In this document: positions 27,658 through 38,054 of the stretch, in pieces | Position numbering within the stretch: position 1 is the first letter of the stretch | How the letters are laid out: every line of letters starts with the position of its first letter | Notes under the pieces: model-generated | Databases searched by the model: none | Seen by the model: only the letters and a program-made list of their open reading frames with translations | Told to the model about the DNA's origin: nothing | Made by a program: the position numbers and the translations under genes | DNA from: Dehalococcoidia bacterium UBA5620 | GTDB lineage: Bacteria > Chloroflexota > Dehalococcoidia > GIF9 > UBA5629 | Length of the DNA: 64,000 nt | Reading direction: 5' to 3' | Assembly: GCA_002423605.1 (NCBI GenBank) | Contig: DIKK01000031.1 | Location: 87,847 to 151,846 of the forward strand

Positions 27658-28800
27658 TTACTCCTGGATCTTACAAACTTTTCCCCGGACCACCAGTGTG
27701 CCTAATCCAAATAAGACAGCGACAAGCCCAAACAGAAAACCTATAAACGGAAGCCATCTCAGGACTACTAGGATGGCAAGTCCGACAGCCAGAGCGCCAA
27801 TGAGAATGCCTTTCGATTCAACCTGCGTAGAGCGCTTAATTATCAGCAAGCCGATGAGCAAAGCAACTGGTATCTGGCTAAGATAGATGACTATACCATA
27901 AAGAAGCAGGGTAATTAGCGCCAGAGGTATACCTATCACTGTGAAGCAGACAAATATGGCGGCTAGGGGAATAGCAAACAGGATAACAGCCCCCCAGCCT
28001 AGGCTTTGCCAAGGATAAGCCCGGATAACATCTGTCAGAGAGGTTAGCTTTTTCGGAGCCGCCAGGACAATAATTAGACCTATCAGAAATATCATGAGGA
28101 AGCCTAACGCCTTGCCGGTCAAATCTTTCAAGATGGCAGGTTGGGCCGGCTTCTCGGCTTCTGGCAGTTTATGGATAACCTTGCCGCCAATTTGAGCGCC
28201 GGATTGAATAGTAGCTTCATTCTCACTGATATAGGTCAGATCCCCTTTGATATTCGCTATGGGCGCTATGTTCAACCTGTTAACATTTATTTTTACATTT
28301 CCACCCACGCCATCGGTAATGCTGACTTCACCTGCTCCACCCTTAATATCGCCCCCAACATGTCCATCCACACGAGCGGTGCCTGCGGCAAGTAAGAGAT
28401 CGTCACCTACTTTAGCTTTGCCGCTAATATTGGCATCGGAACCAGCAATAACCAGATCACGATCAACGCTGCCACTGAAATTTATAGTCTGTCCTGCCAG
28501 TCTGGCGCCATGAGCAACTGCGCCATTTACAGTGATTATCTGCCCAACTACAGTGATGCCACCATTGACGATGCCATTTATAGTAATTGTTTTTCCAGCG
28601 GCAAAGATATCGCCATTCACAATGCCATCAATGGAAATATTATTCCCAAACGCATAGAGGTCACCATTGACTACTTCACCGCTACCAATAGTAACGTTTT
28701 CCCCAGTACGACCATCCATAGCCAGCACAGGTGCTGGCACCATCACCAGCAAAACAGTAACCAACAAAACACCAAGGATTTTTAAAAAGCGTTCGTACAT
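27658..28800 (-). CDS. secreted bactofilin-like (polymer-forming cytoskeletal repeat) protein with a C-terminal multi-TM domain
   Basis: Signal peptide. Repeated 'GD(I/L)xAxGxx(I/V)x(I/V)xGxVxGD' beta-helical repeats over about 200 aa. 4-5 TM helices at the C-terminus. Confidence 0.5.
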   Translation of the reverse strand: MYERFLKILGVLLVTVLLVMVPAPVLAMDGRTGENVTIGSGEVVNGDLYAFGNNISIDGIVNGDIFAAGKTITINGIVNGGITVVGQIITVNGAVAHGARLAGQTINFSGSVDRDLVIAGSDANISGKAKVGDDLLLAAGTARVDGHVGGDIKGGAGEVSITDGVGGNVKINVNRLNIAPIANIKGDLTYISENEATIQSGAQIGGKVIHKLPEAEKPAQPAILKDLTGKALGFLMIFLIGLIIVLAAPKKLTSLTDVIRAYPWQSLGWGAVILFAIPLAAIFVCFTVIGIPLALITLLLYGIVIYLSQIPVALLIGLLIIKRSTQVESKGILIGALAVGLAILVVLRWLPFIGFLFGLVAVLFGLGTLVVRGKVCKIQE

Positions 28801-28962
28801 GACTTATCTCCCTATTCTCAGCCTACCATTTCGTTCGTCTACGATTGTACAAGAAAGATTTTCCATACGCAATAGGTGGTTTCCCCATCAGTGTAATTTC
28901 TCCGTTATGCTATTATTTATTGTGGTAATTATCAGGTAGATGCTCTGGTGGATTGCACCCAG

Positions 28963-28997
28963 TGACTGTTGAGATTCTTCGCTAAACTGAGAATGAT
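28963..28997 (-). repeat. dispersed 34-bp repeat copy (reverse complement 'atcattctcagtttagcgaagaatctcaacagtcac')
   Basis: About 28/34 identity to the 24817 copy. Confidence 0.5.
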
Positions 28998-29036
28998 AGG
29001 AAGAAATGGAAAGAGGAAATTATAGGAGTGGAATAT

Positions 29037-29642
29037 CTATCTCAGGACGATGCGTATCCTATTGCGCAATATAGCGCCGGCGGCTAGGCCGGTGAGCAGG
29101 CCGCCGAGATGACCTTGCCAAGCTATATTTGGTGAAGACATTATGAAGAAGCCACCTATCACTGCTACCCACAAAGGTATGGGCATAGGTATGGGAAAAA
29201 CGAAAACCTTCAACTTCGGCGTCAATACCGTAAGCGCACCACCCAGAGCAAACACAGCCCCAGAAGCGCCGATGACAGTGGAATAAGGCGATGTTAAAAA
29301 CCCGATAAAGGCAAAAAGCATGAACAACACGTTGCCCATGATGCCACCAAGGAAATATATGATGTAGAATGACCGGGTTCCCACCAAACTGGCTAAGAAA
29401 CGGCCGAAGAAGAAGAGCGTTATCATATTGGCTAGAATATGCCAAATGTTGCCGTGGACAAAAAGGTTGGTTACGATGGTCCAGGGTCTCTCCAGAAAAG
29501 TTGCTGGCTGCAACCCCAGCATCGGGATCAAATCATAATCGAAGAAATTGCCAGCAATCGTTGCCAGATACACGACGAAACACAGAATCGCTACAACCAG
29601 TATCGGGGTCAGATCATCGCCTCTATAGCCACCATTTCTCAT
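29037..29642 (-). CDS. rhomboid-family intramembrane serine protease
   Basis: 'GASGAVFALGGAL' (GxSG) and 'GHLGGLLTG' catalytic His, 6 TM. Confidence 0.8.
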   Translation of the reverse strand: MRNGGYRGDDLTPILVVAILCFVVYLATIAGNFFDYDLIPMLGLQPATFLERPWTIVTNLFVHGNIWHILANMITLFFFGRFLASLVGTRSFYIIYFLGGIMGNVLFMLFAFIGFLTSPYSTVIGASGAVFALGGALTVLTPKLKVFVFPIPMPIPLWVAVIGGFFIMSSPNIAWQGHLGGLLTGLAAGAILRNRIRIVLR

Positions 29643-29726
29643 AGCTCATAACACCTTTCTTATCTTATGAAGTAGCCACCAAACATGAAATTACCAGCTA
29701 TATTCGATTAATAATACGGAGTACTA

Positions 29727-30302
29727 TTAGATGGTATGGCTGGTGTGTCCATATTTCTCATAGAAGACTATCTCGTTCCACTCTTTTCGTCCTGGTCCTT
29801 GAGTCGGTCCCTCAGGATAGCCCAGTGGAGTTAGCTCTACTACCCTGACGCCTTCGGGAACTTGTAGAATCTCCCCCACCTTCTTAGCATCAAACAGCCC
29901 AACATGAACAGTCCCCAATCCCAAGCTATGGGCTGCTAACGCCAGGTTCTCCATGGCGATACCAACATCGAACATGAACCAGTCACCCTTATCTGTTTTA
30001 GCTTCTCCCTTATAAAAGCCAGATCTTCCTGTCTGGGCACAGGCTACAACTACCATTGGCGCATGCCGCACTGCCTCTGTTGCCGGGTTACTTCCAGTTG
30101 GGCTATGCCATAACAGCGCCTCAGCCAGCTTAGCTTTGGTATCGGAGTCTTTGACCACCACATATCTGGTACATTGAGTATTGCTCCAGGATGGAGCCCA
30201 GCGCGCTGCCTCGAGCACGGTCTTAAGCACCTCCTCAGGGATGGGGTCAGGCCGATATTTCCTGACGCTCCTTCGTTCCTTTATCGCCTGTATGACATCC
30301 AT
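29727..30302 (-). CDS. nitroreductase-family protein
   Basis: 'RRSVRKY', 'ARWAPSWSNTQ'. 191 aa. Confidence 0.8.
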   Translation of the reverse strand: MDVIQAIKERRSVRKYRPDPIPEEVLKTVLEAARWAPSWSNTQCTRYVVVKDSDTKAKLAEALLWHSPTGSNPATEAVRHAPMVVVACAQTGRSGFYKGEAKTDKGDWFMFDVGIAMENLALAAHSLGLGTVHVGLFDAKKVGEILQVPEGVRVVELTPLGYPEGPTQGPGRKEWNEIVFYEKYGHTSHTI

Positions 30303-30784
30303 ATTTTCCTCCCATGATTAGCCATGTATCATCGCACTAATGAAAATATTACCTTTTCCTCTTTCATCGTGATTGTGACTTTTCCGCCAGTCTCCGGGTA
30401 AGTTAAATGTGCCATTGTCTCTCCAATAGCGAACCATTCCTAGGGTGGGGGGAACTGCTCCCACGACTTGGTATCCATATCCCAGGTTATATGGGGCCAA
30501 GCCTATGTGGTCGGTATAGAGGTGGGTTATAAGAAATCTGTTTTGTTCAAATCCACCTTCACGTCTTTCAGATTAGCCAGCATGGGCACAATAACCCAAG
30601 GCTGTGGCTATTTTATCACCTTTCATTGTTTTTGTCCTTTAAGAATAGCCTTGATACAAAATGGTGATTGGGACTGGCACACAGGTTGTGTTGTTATCAA
30701 GCGAAAATGTTACCTTGATTTGCAAGATAATTTATTGCGGTGTTATCCACTTGACGCAGATGGTAGGAGTGGTAAAATGAGAGT

Positions 30785-31447
30785 ATGGATTGTGATATTA
30801 ATGAGACTGCGTTCCACAGAGCTTGTAAAGATACTAGATTTTATTTTAGTACCATTCGTTTCTGGATATTTGAACTGCTTATTACTACTGGGTTTACGAT
30901 TTGGGTATTACTCTGGACACCTAATTTTGTGGAGGGGTGGCAAAAGATAATGTACCAAATACTTGTTCCTATGTTAGGGGCGATTGGTGGGCTCTTTATC
31001 GTATTTTTGTTTTCATTTGTAGTAGCTCCTATAAAACAGAGGAATGAGGCACGTATCTGTTTATCTAAAATGGTTGGAGACAATATCTCCCAGACAATAA
31101 GTCAGCTAAATTTATTCAAAACGAAAATTGATGGAGAAGAGAGAAACTATACAAGCATATTAATGAAGTGCGCAGGAGATTTATCTGTTGGGGGAATTAC
31201 GATAGAACCAGACCGGCCAAGTGGCTCTCATAATTGGGATACTGGAGCATGGGAAGAAAATATATTGAGTAATGATATGACGCATAGCCAATTATTAGGT
31301 TTTCTCCGGCAATTGCGTATTGCAGGTATTGTAGATGTCGACAGAAATATTATAGGCAGAGATACAGAGCGTTCCGTATATCTAGAAAGTTTCTATTTAA
31401 ATGAATTTGGCAGACAAGTTGTTAATCGCATCAAGCCAATAATATAG
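30785..31447 (+). CDS. hypothetical protein with 2 N-terminal TM helices (low-GC islet)
   Basis: 220 aa, no recognisable motif. AT-rich codon usage differs from flanking genes. Confidence 0.35.
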   Translation: MDCDINETAFHRACKDTRFYFSTIRFWIFELLITTGFTIWVLLWTPNFVEGWQKIMYQILVPMLGAIGGLFIVFLFSFVVAPIKQRNEARICLSKMVGDNISQTISQLNLFKTKIDGEERNYTSILMKCAGDLSVGGITIEPDRPSGSHNWDTGAWEENILSNDMTHSQLLGFLRQLRIAGIVDVDRNIIGRDTERSVYLESFYLNEFGRQVVNRIKPII

Positions 31448-31452
31448 CAACA

Positions 31453-32373
31453 TTAATTAGAAGTAAGTTCTTTATATTCGAGGTTATCTGATTTGATTAG
31501 TTTCAAAAGTGTATCACGGAATAAATATGGATTCTCACGATTGTTGAATCGCCATTCCAATTCATCAAGATAGGCTTCAAGATGTTTTTTAGAGACTTGA
31601 TGGTACGAACCAACAAGAGAACGTTTCAACAAACTCCAGATGTTCTCAACGTAGTTAGTGTGAATATCGCCTCTTACCCATTCATTTTCACTATGATTCA
31701 CAGTCTCATGTCTCGTATCCTTATTTGCTATTCCTTTGTACGCAGGCCAATCATCGGTGTATATCGCTTCAGCATTATCAGCTATATGCTTCTTGATAAA
31801 CTCGTTAAGCACTTCACGAGTTCGATCATCAATCACTTCAAGCCTAATCTCTCCCTTACGTTGCGCGGCACCAGCGACAAGAACCTTATTCCCCTTATAT
31901 CCATGCCCAACGTTCTTACGCTTGCCACCTATCCAAGTCTCGTCAACTTCTATAATCTTGCTAAGAGGCGCAGGATGATCGACAGTCATAGCAGCCCTAA
32001 TTCTATGGCAAAGATACCATGCTGTATGGTAAGAGCCAATACCAAGCGTTCGTTTCATCTGATTAGCCGAAATACCTTTTTTAGACTCAATCATAAGATA
32101 AATAGCTACAAACCACTTTTGCAATGGAAGGTGTGTGTCTTGGAATATAGTACCAGTAGTAACAGAGAATTGATAACCACATGAACCACAATCGAATTGG
32201 TTACGAGTATAGGAATTGCGGATTACCCTGCTTCTGCAACGAGGGCAGACAACACCATCTTGCCAGCGTAGGTGTTCAAGATGTTCACGGCAAGCATCCT
32301 CGTTATTATAGTTCTCCATCAGACGTATCATGTCCATATCCATTTTCACATCTTTTTTCGCAATTATTTTCAT
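31453..32373 (-). mobile_element. IS1595-family (ISXO2-like) transposase gene; IS termini not determined
   Basis: N-terminal transposase zinc ribbon 'CPRCRS...CGSCG'. DDE domain 'IEVDETWIGGK...TDDWPAYKG...NYVENIWSLLKR'. ATG 32373 with a GGAGG RBS. Confidence 0.7.
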
Positions 32374-32385
32374 TGGAGACCTCCT

Positions 32386-32544
32386 ATGCCTAAAAGTAAG
32401 AAACACCCCAAAGATATGACAACTGAGGAAATAGCGAAGGCTGTATTTCACCCGAAATTACATCAGAAATTGCGTGACAAAATAAAGGAGCTTGATGAGG
32501 GGAAGAAGCCGAAATCAGATTCAAAACTATCATCACATAAATGA
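32386..32544 (+). CDS. small basic ORF (51 aa) divergent from the transposase (doubtful)
   Basis: MPKSKKHPKDMTTEEIAKAVFHPKLHQKLRDKIKELDEGKKPKSDSKLSSHK. No family recognised. Confidence 0.2.
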   Translation: MPKSKKHPKDMTTEEIAKAVFHPKLHQKLRDKIKELDEGKKPKSDSKLSSHK

Positions 32545-32954
32545 TGATAGCATAGATTCAAATCCGTGTCAAGTGGATAATCACGATTTATTGGTTTTAC
32601 TGGGGAAGAAACCCCAATAGCACTTTTTCTTTCTCACGTGTCTTAGCACCTTGAGTTTATTCTGTTTCCTCTTGTAACACTATCTCTTCCACGAGTTACT
32701 TTTTCTCTTAACGGTTAGGGGTGGTAAAATCGTAGAGCATCAACATCGACGAGCATACCCATTTGACCTTGACAGTCATCGGAGTTTGATGATATGATGC
32801 CCTGCGGTTGTGTGGCTGTATGCGGGATTTGCAACAGAATGGAGGTGAGATTTTGAGCTAACAGATATGCTATGGTATGGGGTAGTTAGCAGATGTGGTT
32901 TATTACTCACTTTCTAAGTTTAGTGTATAACAAAGTAAATTAGGAGGGTATATT

Positions 32955-33710
32955 ATGAAGGTAAATGTTTTGGGAATTTGTGGTAGTCCTGTAAAAGGAG
33001 GCAATGTCGAGAAACTTCTGGAAATAACACTGGATGTTGCCAGGGAGGAGAAGGATGTCGAAGTTCAGGAAATGGTGAAACTCGCTGGCACGAAGATTCA
33101 GGATTGCAACCAATGCAACTGGTGTCTAACCAAACAAGAGGAGGGTAAATTTTGCAACAAAAATGATGACATGATGCCGATTTACCCGAAGATAATGGCG
33201 GCAGATGTTATTCTAATAGCCACTCCTACTTACATAGCGAGATCGGCTACTTATCCGCTATCCGTTATAGATAGGTGTCGGTGTCTTTTGGAAGGAATGT
33301 ATTATCGCTTCGTGCCCGAAGCCCGTTTAGCAGATAAGGTTGGTGGAGCTCTAACAGTTGCTTATATGAGACATGCCGGGGTGGAGACCTCCCTGATTTC
33401 AGTTGTTGAGAGCTTTATCCTGCTTAACATGGTAGTTGCTAGTGGCGGGCTTCTATCCACTTATGGCGTGGGGGCTGTATCTAGTAAGGGTGGAGCTGGA
33501 GGTTCCGATATGAGCGAGAGACATCCCGTTCTTCATGATGAGGTAGCAGTAAGGTCTTCAAGATTCATGGCCAAGAGGTCAGTTTGCCTAGCCAAGATGA
33601 TAAAGGCTGGTAAGCAAGCACTGCCGGAAGAGGAATGGTCTACATGGCTTAAAGTCTTAAAGGAAGACTATGACAAGAACCTTGGCTTTCAACTTAAGGG
33701 AAGAAAGTAA
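32955..33710 (+). CDS. NADPH-dependent FMN reductase / iron-sulfur flavoprotein (Isf)-like
   Basis: Flavodoxin-like 'VLGICGSPVKGGN'. Compact Cys cluster 'CNQCNWC...C' as in Isf. AGGAGGG RBS. Confidence 0.6.
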   Translation: MKVNVLGICGSPVKGGNVEKLLEITLDVAREEKDVEVQEMVKLAGTKIQDCNQCNWCLTKQEEGKFCNKNDDMMPIYPKIMAADVILIATPTYIARSATYPLSVIDRCRCLLEGMYYRFVPEARLADKVGGALTVAYMRHAGVETSLISVVESFILLNMVVASGGLLSTYGVGAVSSKGGAGGSDMSERHPVLHDEVAVRSSRFMAKRSVCLAKMIKAGKQALPEEEWSTWLKVLKEDYDKNLGFQLKGRK

Positions 33711-33842
33711 ATTGATCACTTGTCTCCAGCCTGCTTTTTAGCTATCGATAATCATTGTTCTCAAAAGGTGTGAGAGAAAGTTTAAAAGCATAGCCAAGAG
33801 ATACTTGTATATATACATTATTTTACCCGCGTGTGCGAATAG

Positions 33843-33881
33843 AAAAGCAGGCCAACTCCGAATGTTGGCCTGCTTTTTCTT
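33843..33881. terminator. bidirectional Rho-independent terminator
   Basis: 'aaaagcaggccaac'-loop-'gttggcctgctttttctt'. A-tract and T-tract flank a 10-bp GC-rich stem between convergent genes. Confidence 0.55.
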
Positions 33882-33948
33882 ATCTTTGATGATAGCCTGC
33901 ATTGTTCAGTAGGCAGGACTTTAAAGAGATTTCGGCCCGCTTGTCTGG

Positions 33949-34533
33949 TTATTTTCTGATACCCTGATAGGTTACCGTTCTGCTCTGATTGAATGTCTTC
34001 CAGGCGCCCCCGCTGTAATATCTGCCTTGACCATTGACGTTAGTAGTGACCATCAGCGTGTTATCGGAGGTCAGGCTTACCTGAACACTATCGTCGAGAT
34101 TGACAGTGAGTTGCTCCATGGTGCCAGGCGGTAGCAGTGCGTTTATAAGCGTGGGTAGCTTTTCCATGTAGAAGTTGCTACCTCCGTCAAAAGTGGCTGA
34201 CTTCTCACTGTTCTCGTTGACCACCACCGGTTTCTTGGTTATGTTTATCCCAAGTGTGTTGTACCAGGTTTCTTGGCCGTCATAGGTTATCCTGAGCACA
34301 CCGTTCACACGAGTGATGTACCAGGTAGTTGCCTCAGGTATGACCTGGTTTATTAACATATTCGGTGCTGGTAGCTGTGGAGATATGCTGGTCCGGGTCA
34401 TTTCCCACGTTCCCACTAAGGGGTCTTGGGCTGACGTTTGAGGCGTATGAGATGTCACGATTTTGATGCAGCCGGGGAACAAAAGTAATACTAATAGGAT
34501 GAGACTGGCTATAAAGAATCTGGCATGCTTCAT
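33949..34533 (-). CDS. lipoprotein, hypothetical
   Basis: 'LLLFPGCIK' lipobox. ATG 34533 with an AGAGGAGG RBS. Confidence 0.45.
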   Translation of the reverse strand: MKHARFFIASLILLVLLLFPGCIKIVTSHTPQTSAQDPLVGTWEMTRTSISPQLPAPNMLINQVIPEATTWYITRVNGVLRITYDGQETWYNTLGINITKKPVVVNENSEKSATFDGGSNFYMEKLPTLINALLPPGTMEQLTVNLDDSVQVSLTSDNTLMVTTNVNGQGRYYSGGAWKTFNQSRTVTYQGIRK

Positions 34534-34591
34534 TAAACTTAACCTCCTCTGATACCCCATTTTGCATTATAATGGAGTCTTTTTCTCACGT

Positions 34592-35377
34592 CTATCCTGG
34601 TGATTTTCCTGACTTGAGCTTAATCAGCCAGGCGGTGGATTTGAGCTGCCTTTCCAACAGGTATCTGATATAGTCCCGCATCACCTTTTCCAGCTCTGAT
34701 GCTAGTTGTGCGTTTATTTTTACCTTATAGGCGGTGGCAGAGTCGCAATTTTGCCACAGGCGCAGGACTTTCAGAGCGTTCAGGGACAGGGCACGGACTA
34801 CCGGTTCCTGATAGGCGCAATTGGCGCAGAGTACGCCTCCGTATCTGGAACTGAAGAAGTTGGTCACTGGCTGAAGCTGTGAATTGCAACTGGTGCATTG
34901 TCTAATCTGAGGGCGATATCCCAGGTAGTCGAGCAACCGAATCTCAAAATAGCGCAGGGTAACGTCGGCGTCTTTGCCCTCAGATAGTCGCTGCAGCGTT
35001 TCCAGTAACAGGTTAAACAGTCGATGGTCTTCTAGATTTTCGTCAATAAAGGCGTCAACAAGTTCTGAGATATACATACCGCAGGAGATAGTCTCCAGGT
35101 TCTCCTTCAAAGGCAGAAAGTTGTTAATGGTTTGTGCCTGGGTGATGATATCTAGATTGCGACCTCGAGCCAGCATAAGCTGGCTGTGGGTGAGGAGCTC
35201 AACGTGGCCGCCTAGCTTACTCTTGGGACGGCGATTACCCTTAGCTACGGCTTTTATTTTGCCCAGAGCTGGGGTATAAAAAGTGAGAATTCTATCGGCT
35301 TCGCCCAGATTAGTGCGTTTGATGATTATGGCTTCTGTTTGATACACCCGAGGCGTGGTCATGGCCTGTGCGGTCAC
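34592..35377 (-). CDS. recO: DNA repair protein RecO
   Basis: N-terminal OB fold 'YQTEAIIIKRTNLGEADRILTFYTPALGKIKAVAKG'. C-terminal Zn finger 'CTSCNS...CANC'. GTGA overlap with the recR stop. An alternative start is ATG 35362. Confidence 0.8.
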   Translation of the reverse strand: MTAQAMTTPRVYQTEAIIIKRTNLGEADRILTFYTPALGKIKAVAKGNRRPKSKLGGHVELLTHSQLMLARGRNLDIITQAQTINNFLPLKENLETISCGMYISELVDAFIDENLEDHRLFNLLLETLQRLSEGKDADVTLRYFEIRLLDYLGYRPQIRQCTSCNSQLQPVTNFFSSRYGGVLCANCAYQEPVVRALSLNALKVLRLWQNCDSATAYKVKINAQLASELEKVMRDYIRYLLERQLKSTAWLIKLKSGKSPG

Positions 35378-35985
35378 ATCTCCTGTCTTCCCTCTAGGGC
35401 ACGGCTGAGAGTAACATCATCGGCGTACTCCAGGTCGCCGCCGTAGGGTAAACCGCGAGCCAGTCGCGTTATTTTGACTCCTAGCGGGGTGATTAACCGC
35501 TGGAGATACATGGCTGTGGCTTCTCCCTCCAGGTTCGGGTTGGTGGCCAGTATCACCTCGGTCACCGAGTCGGTGTTTAGCCGGGATAGCAACTCGCCGG
35601 TCTTCAAGTCTTCAGGGCTGACGCCGTCAGAGGGGGAGATTACGCCATGAAGCACGTGGTATAGGCCATGATATTTCTTGGTGCGTTCCAGTGGAAGGAT
35701 GTCTATGGCTTCTTCTACCACACAGATTTTACTATGGTCACGTTCTTTATCCCGACAGATAGCACAGGGGTTGGAATCGGTTATGTTAAAGCAGATGGAA
35801 CACAGGCTAACATTTTCTTTTATGTCCCTGATGGCATCGGCTAATGCCTCGGCCGTTTCCTGGGGCGCCTGTAACAGGTGGTAGGTCAGCCGTTGTGCGC
35901 TCTTAGGTCCAATGCCAGGTAGCCTGTTGAACTCTTCAATTAGCCTGGCTATAGGCTCAGAAGCAGAGGTAAAGTCAGCGTTCAA
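35374..35985 (-). CDS. recR: recombination protein RecR
   Basis: 'LPGIGPKSAQRL' HhH, 'CSICFNITDSNPCAIC' Zn finger, Toprim. Confidence 0.9.
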   Translation of the reverse strand: MNADFTSASEPIARLIEEFNRLPGIGPKSAQRLTYHLLQAPQETAEALADAIRDIKENVSLCSICFNITDSNPCAICRDKERDHSKICVVEEAIDILPLERTKKYHGLYHVLHGVISPSDGVSPEDLKTGELLSRLNTDSVTEVILATNPNLEGEATAMYLQRLITPLGVKITRLARGLPYGGDLEYADDVTLSRALEGRQEM

Positions 35986-35997
35986 TGGTGCAGCCTC

Positions 35998-36306
35998 CTA
36001 AAACAGCCCAGGGAATTTGAATCCGTTGGTCAAACCGCCTAGGTGGCTGGCGGCAAGCTCTCGAGATTTTTCCAGAGCCTCGTTTACCGCCGACATAACC
36101 AGGTCTTCAAGCATATCAACATCTTCAGGGTTGACCGCCTCAGGTGATATCTTCACCGAGCGTATCCTTTGTTGACCGTCGATTATTACCTTTATGACAC
36201 CGCCTCCGACAGTGACTTCGACCACCATTTCATCTAGCTCCTGCTGTGCCTTGGCTAGTTTGGCCTGTAGTTCTTGTGCCTGGCGCATGATATTCTTGTT
36301 GATCAT
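35998..36306 (-). CDS. ybaB: nucleoid-associated protein YbaB/EbfC
   Basis: 102 aa, 'MRQAQELQAKLAKAQQEL...VTVGGGVIKVIIDG'. Confidence 0.85.
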   Translation of the reverse strand: MINKNIMRQAQELQAKLAKAQQELDEMVVEVTVGGGVIKVIIDGQQRIRSVKISPEAVNPEDVDMLEDLVMSAVNEALEKSRELAASHLGGLTNGFKFPGLF

Positions 36307-36315
36307 TTTCTCACC

Positions 36316-37947
36316 TCAGGATTCATCATCAATAATGCTGGCGCCCATGTCCAGTGCCGCCTTTACCAGATGGTTTTCTTGCTTAGTGCGCTGGGTAAGT
36401 ATGCAGCGCACCTGGTATGAATGCCCAAAGACTTCTTTCAGCTTTCTTTCTACCAGGTGCCGGTACTTGCGGTCTTCTATCTTCTCTTTGTGGAACTCGT
36501 GGTAAAAACCAAGTATCAGAGTGCTATCTTCGATGGCTACCGGCTCGCAAGCGCTTCTTAGGAAGGCATCGAGGTTGCCACTGGAGCCTTCTCCATGCAA
36601 GGTGTTAACGAATTCTTTCCAGTGGCTGCGTATATAGGCTATATCGGCAGGATTTTCTGTCACCAGACTTTCGGCCACCTTTGCTGGCGGCTGGTCAATG
36701 TTTTCCTTTGCCGGCGTAGTTTTAGCCTCCGTGGCTCTTGTGGTATGACTGGCTGCCTTGGCGGTTGATTTTTCAGGCTCGGGTGATGTGGATTTGATTG
36801 GCTTGGTGTAGATGGGAGAGGCCTTGGGCTGCTCAGTCCTCGATGGCATTGCCTGGGTGCACTTCACTTCGCTGGTAGACAGGATGCATTCAACCAGCGC
36901 TAGCTCTAATGGCAGCGGTGAGTAGCTGTTGGCACGGAGGTCGGCACTGCCGAACAGCTTGACCGCTGTCAATAAGTAGTCCAGGCTGGCATCTTTTACC
37001 AGCTCTTTCATCTCCATAAGGTCGTCGCTGGTCACATCCACTATAGATTCAGAGCCGGATTTTATCAGCAGCAAATCCCGCAGGTAGTTCACCAATTCCT
37101 GATTAAACTGGCGTATGTCCAGCCCGTCGTTGCTCACACTGTTAATTATCTTAATCCCGTAGGAGACATCCTTACCTACGATATACTTGGCCAGCTCTCT
37201 GATTCTTAAGTCGCCGCTGATGCCCAGCAGGTCTTGCACCTGATGTAGCTCGATGTTGTGGTCGTAGTAGGCAACTAGCTGCTCCAGTAAATTCTCGGCA
37301 TCGCGTAGACTGCCTGTGGTTACTTTAGAAATGAGCCGCAAGGCTTCAGGTTCAATTTGTATTTCCTCATTGTCGCTGATGAGCTGGAGCTTGGTAATTA
37401 CCGCTGCCTGCGAGAGACGATGGAAGTCGAAACGCTGGCAGCGCGATAATATGGTTGACAGCACTTTATGCGGCTCCGTAGTTGCCAGAATGAAAATAGC
37501 GTGAGGAGGAGGTTCTTCCAGCGTCTTGAGGAAGGCGTTGGAGGCTGCCTCGGTTACCATGTGAGCTTCGTCTATGATGTAGACCTTGTAGCGGGCAACG
37601 TTCGGAGAATACTTTACCTTTTCCCTGAGCTCGCGGATATCATCGATACCGCGGTTGCTGGCAGCATCTATCTCAATTATGTCCAGAGCGTTGCCCTGAT
37701 TAAATGCTTGGCACATCTGGCATTTGTTGCAGGGCTCGCCATTAACTGGTTCAGCGCAGTTCACTGCCTTGGCCAGGATGCGCCCGGTAGTGGTCTTGCC
37801 TGTGCCTCGCGGGCCACAGAAAAGGTAGGCATGGCCTACACGGCCGCTCTCTATGACGTGTCGCAACGTTTGGGTAACGTGTTCTTGCCCTACGACTTCA
37901 GATAGAGTTTGAGGACGCCATTTGCGGTAAAAAACTTGGGAAGTCAT
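36316..37947 (-). CDS. dnaX: DNA polymerase III subunit gamma/tau
   Basis: 'GHAYLFCGPRGTGKTT', Zn module 'CAEPVNGEPCNKCQMC'. Confidence 0.9.
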   Translation of the reverse strand: MTSQVFYRKWRPQTLSEVVGQEHVTQTLRHVIESGRVGHAYLFCGPRGTGKTTTGRILAKAVNCAEPVNGEPCNKCQMCQAFNQGNALDIIEIDAASNRGIDDIRELREKVKYSPNVARYKVYIIDEAHMVTEAASNAFLKTLEEPPPHAIFILATTEPHKVLSTILSRCQRFDFHRLSQAAVITKLQLISDNEEIQIEPEALRLISKVTTGSLRDAENLLEQLVAYYDHNIELHQVQDLLGISGDLRIRELAKYIVGKDVSYGIKIINSVSNDGLDIRQFNQELVNYLRDLLLIKSGSESIVDVTSDDLMEMKELVKDASLDYLLTAVKLFGSADLRANSYSPLPLELALVECILSTSEVKCTQAMPSRTEQPKASPIYTKPIKSTSPEPEKSTAKAASHTTRATEAKTTPAKENIDQPPAKVAESLVTENPADIAYIRSHWKEFVNTLHGEGSSGNLDAFLRSACEPVAIEDSTLILGFYHEFHKEKIEDRKYRHLVERKLKEVFGHSYQVRCILTQRTKQENHLVKAALDMGASIIDDES

Positions 37948-38054
37948 GCGTCTACATTATACCCTATGTTGGTCACTGGCTAAAGGTTTTTATGCAATGA
38001 TTTGGAGCCTGTGTTATAATTTGGGCTTATAGACCTGAAGTAAGGAGTTTTATC

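Noticed and set aside
30468-30950. 160-aa plus-strand ORF
   Set aside because: Cys/Trp-rich nonsense translation spanning an intergenic gap, overlapping the better-supported 30785-31447 gene in another frame.
37948-38054. Possible SRP (4.5S) RNA upstream of dnaX
   Set aside because: Only 107 nt and no GGAAGCAGCC-like domain IV motif.
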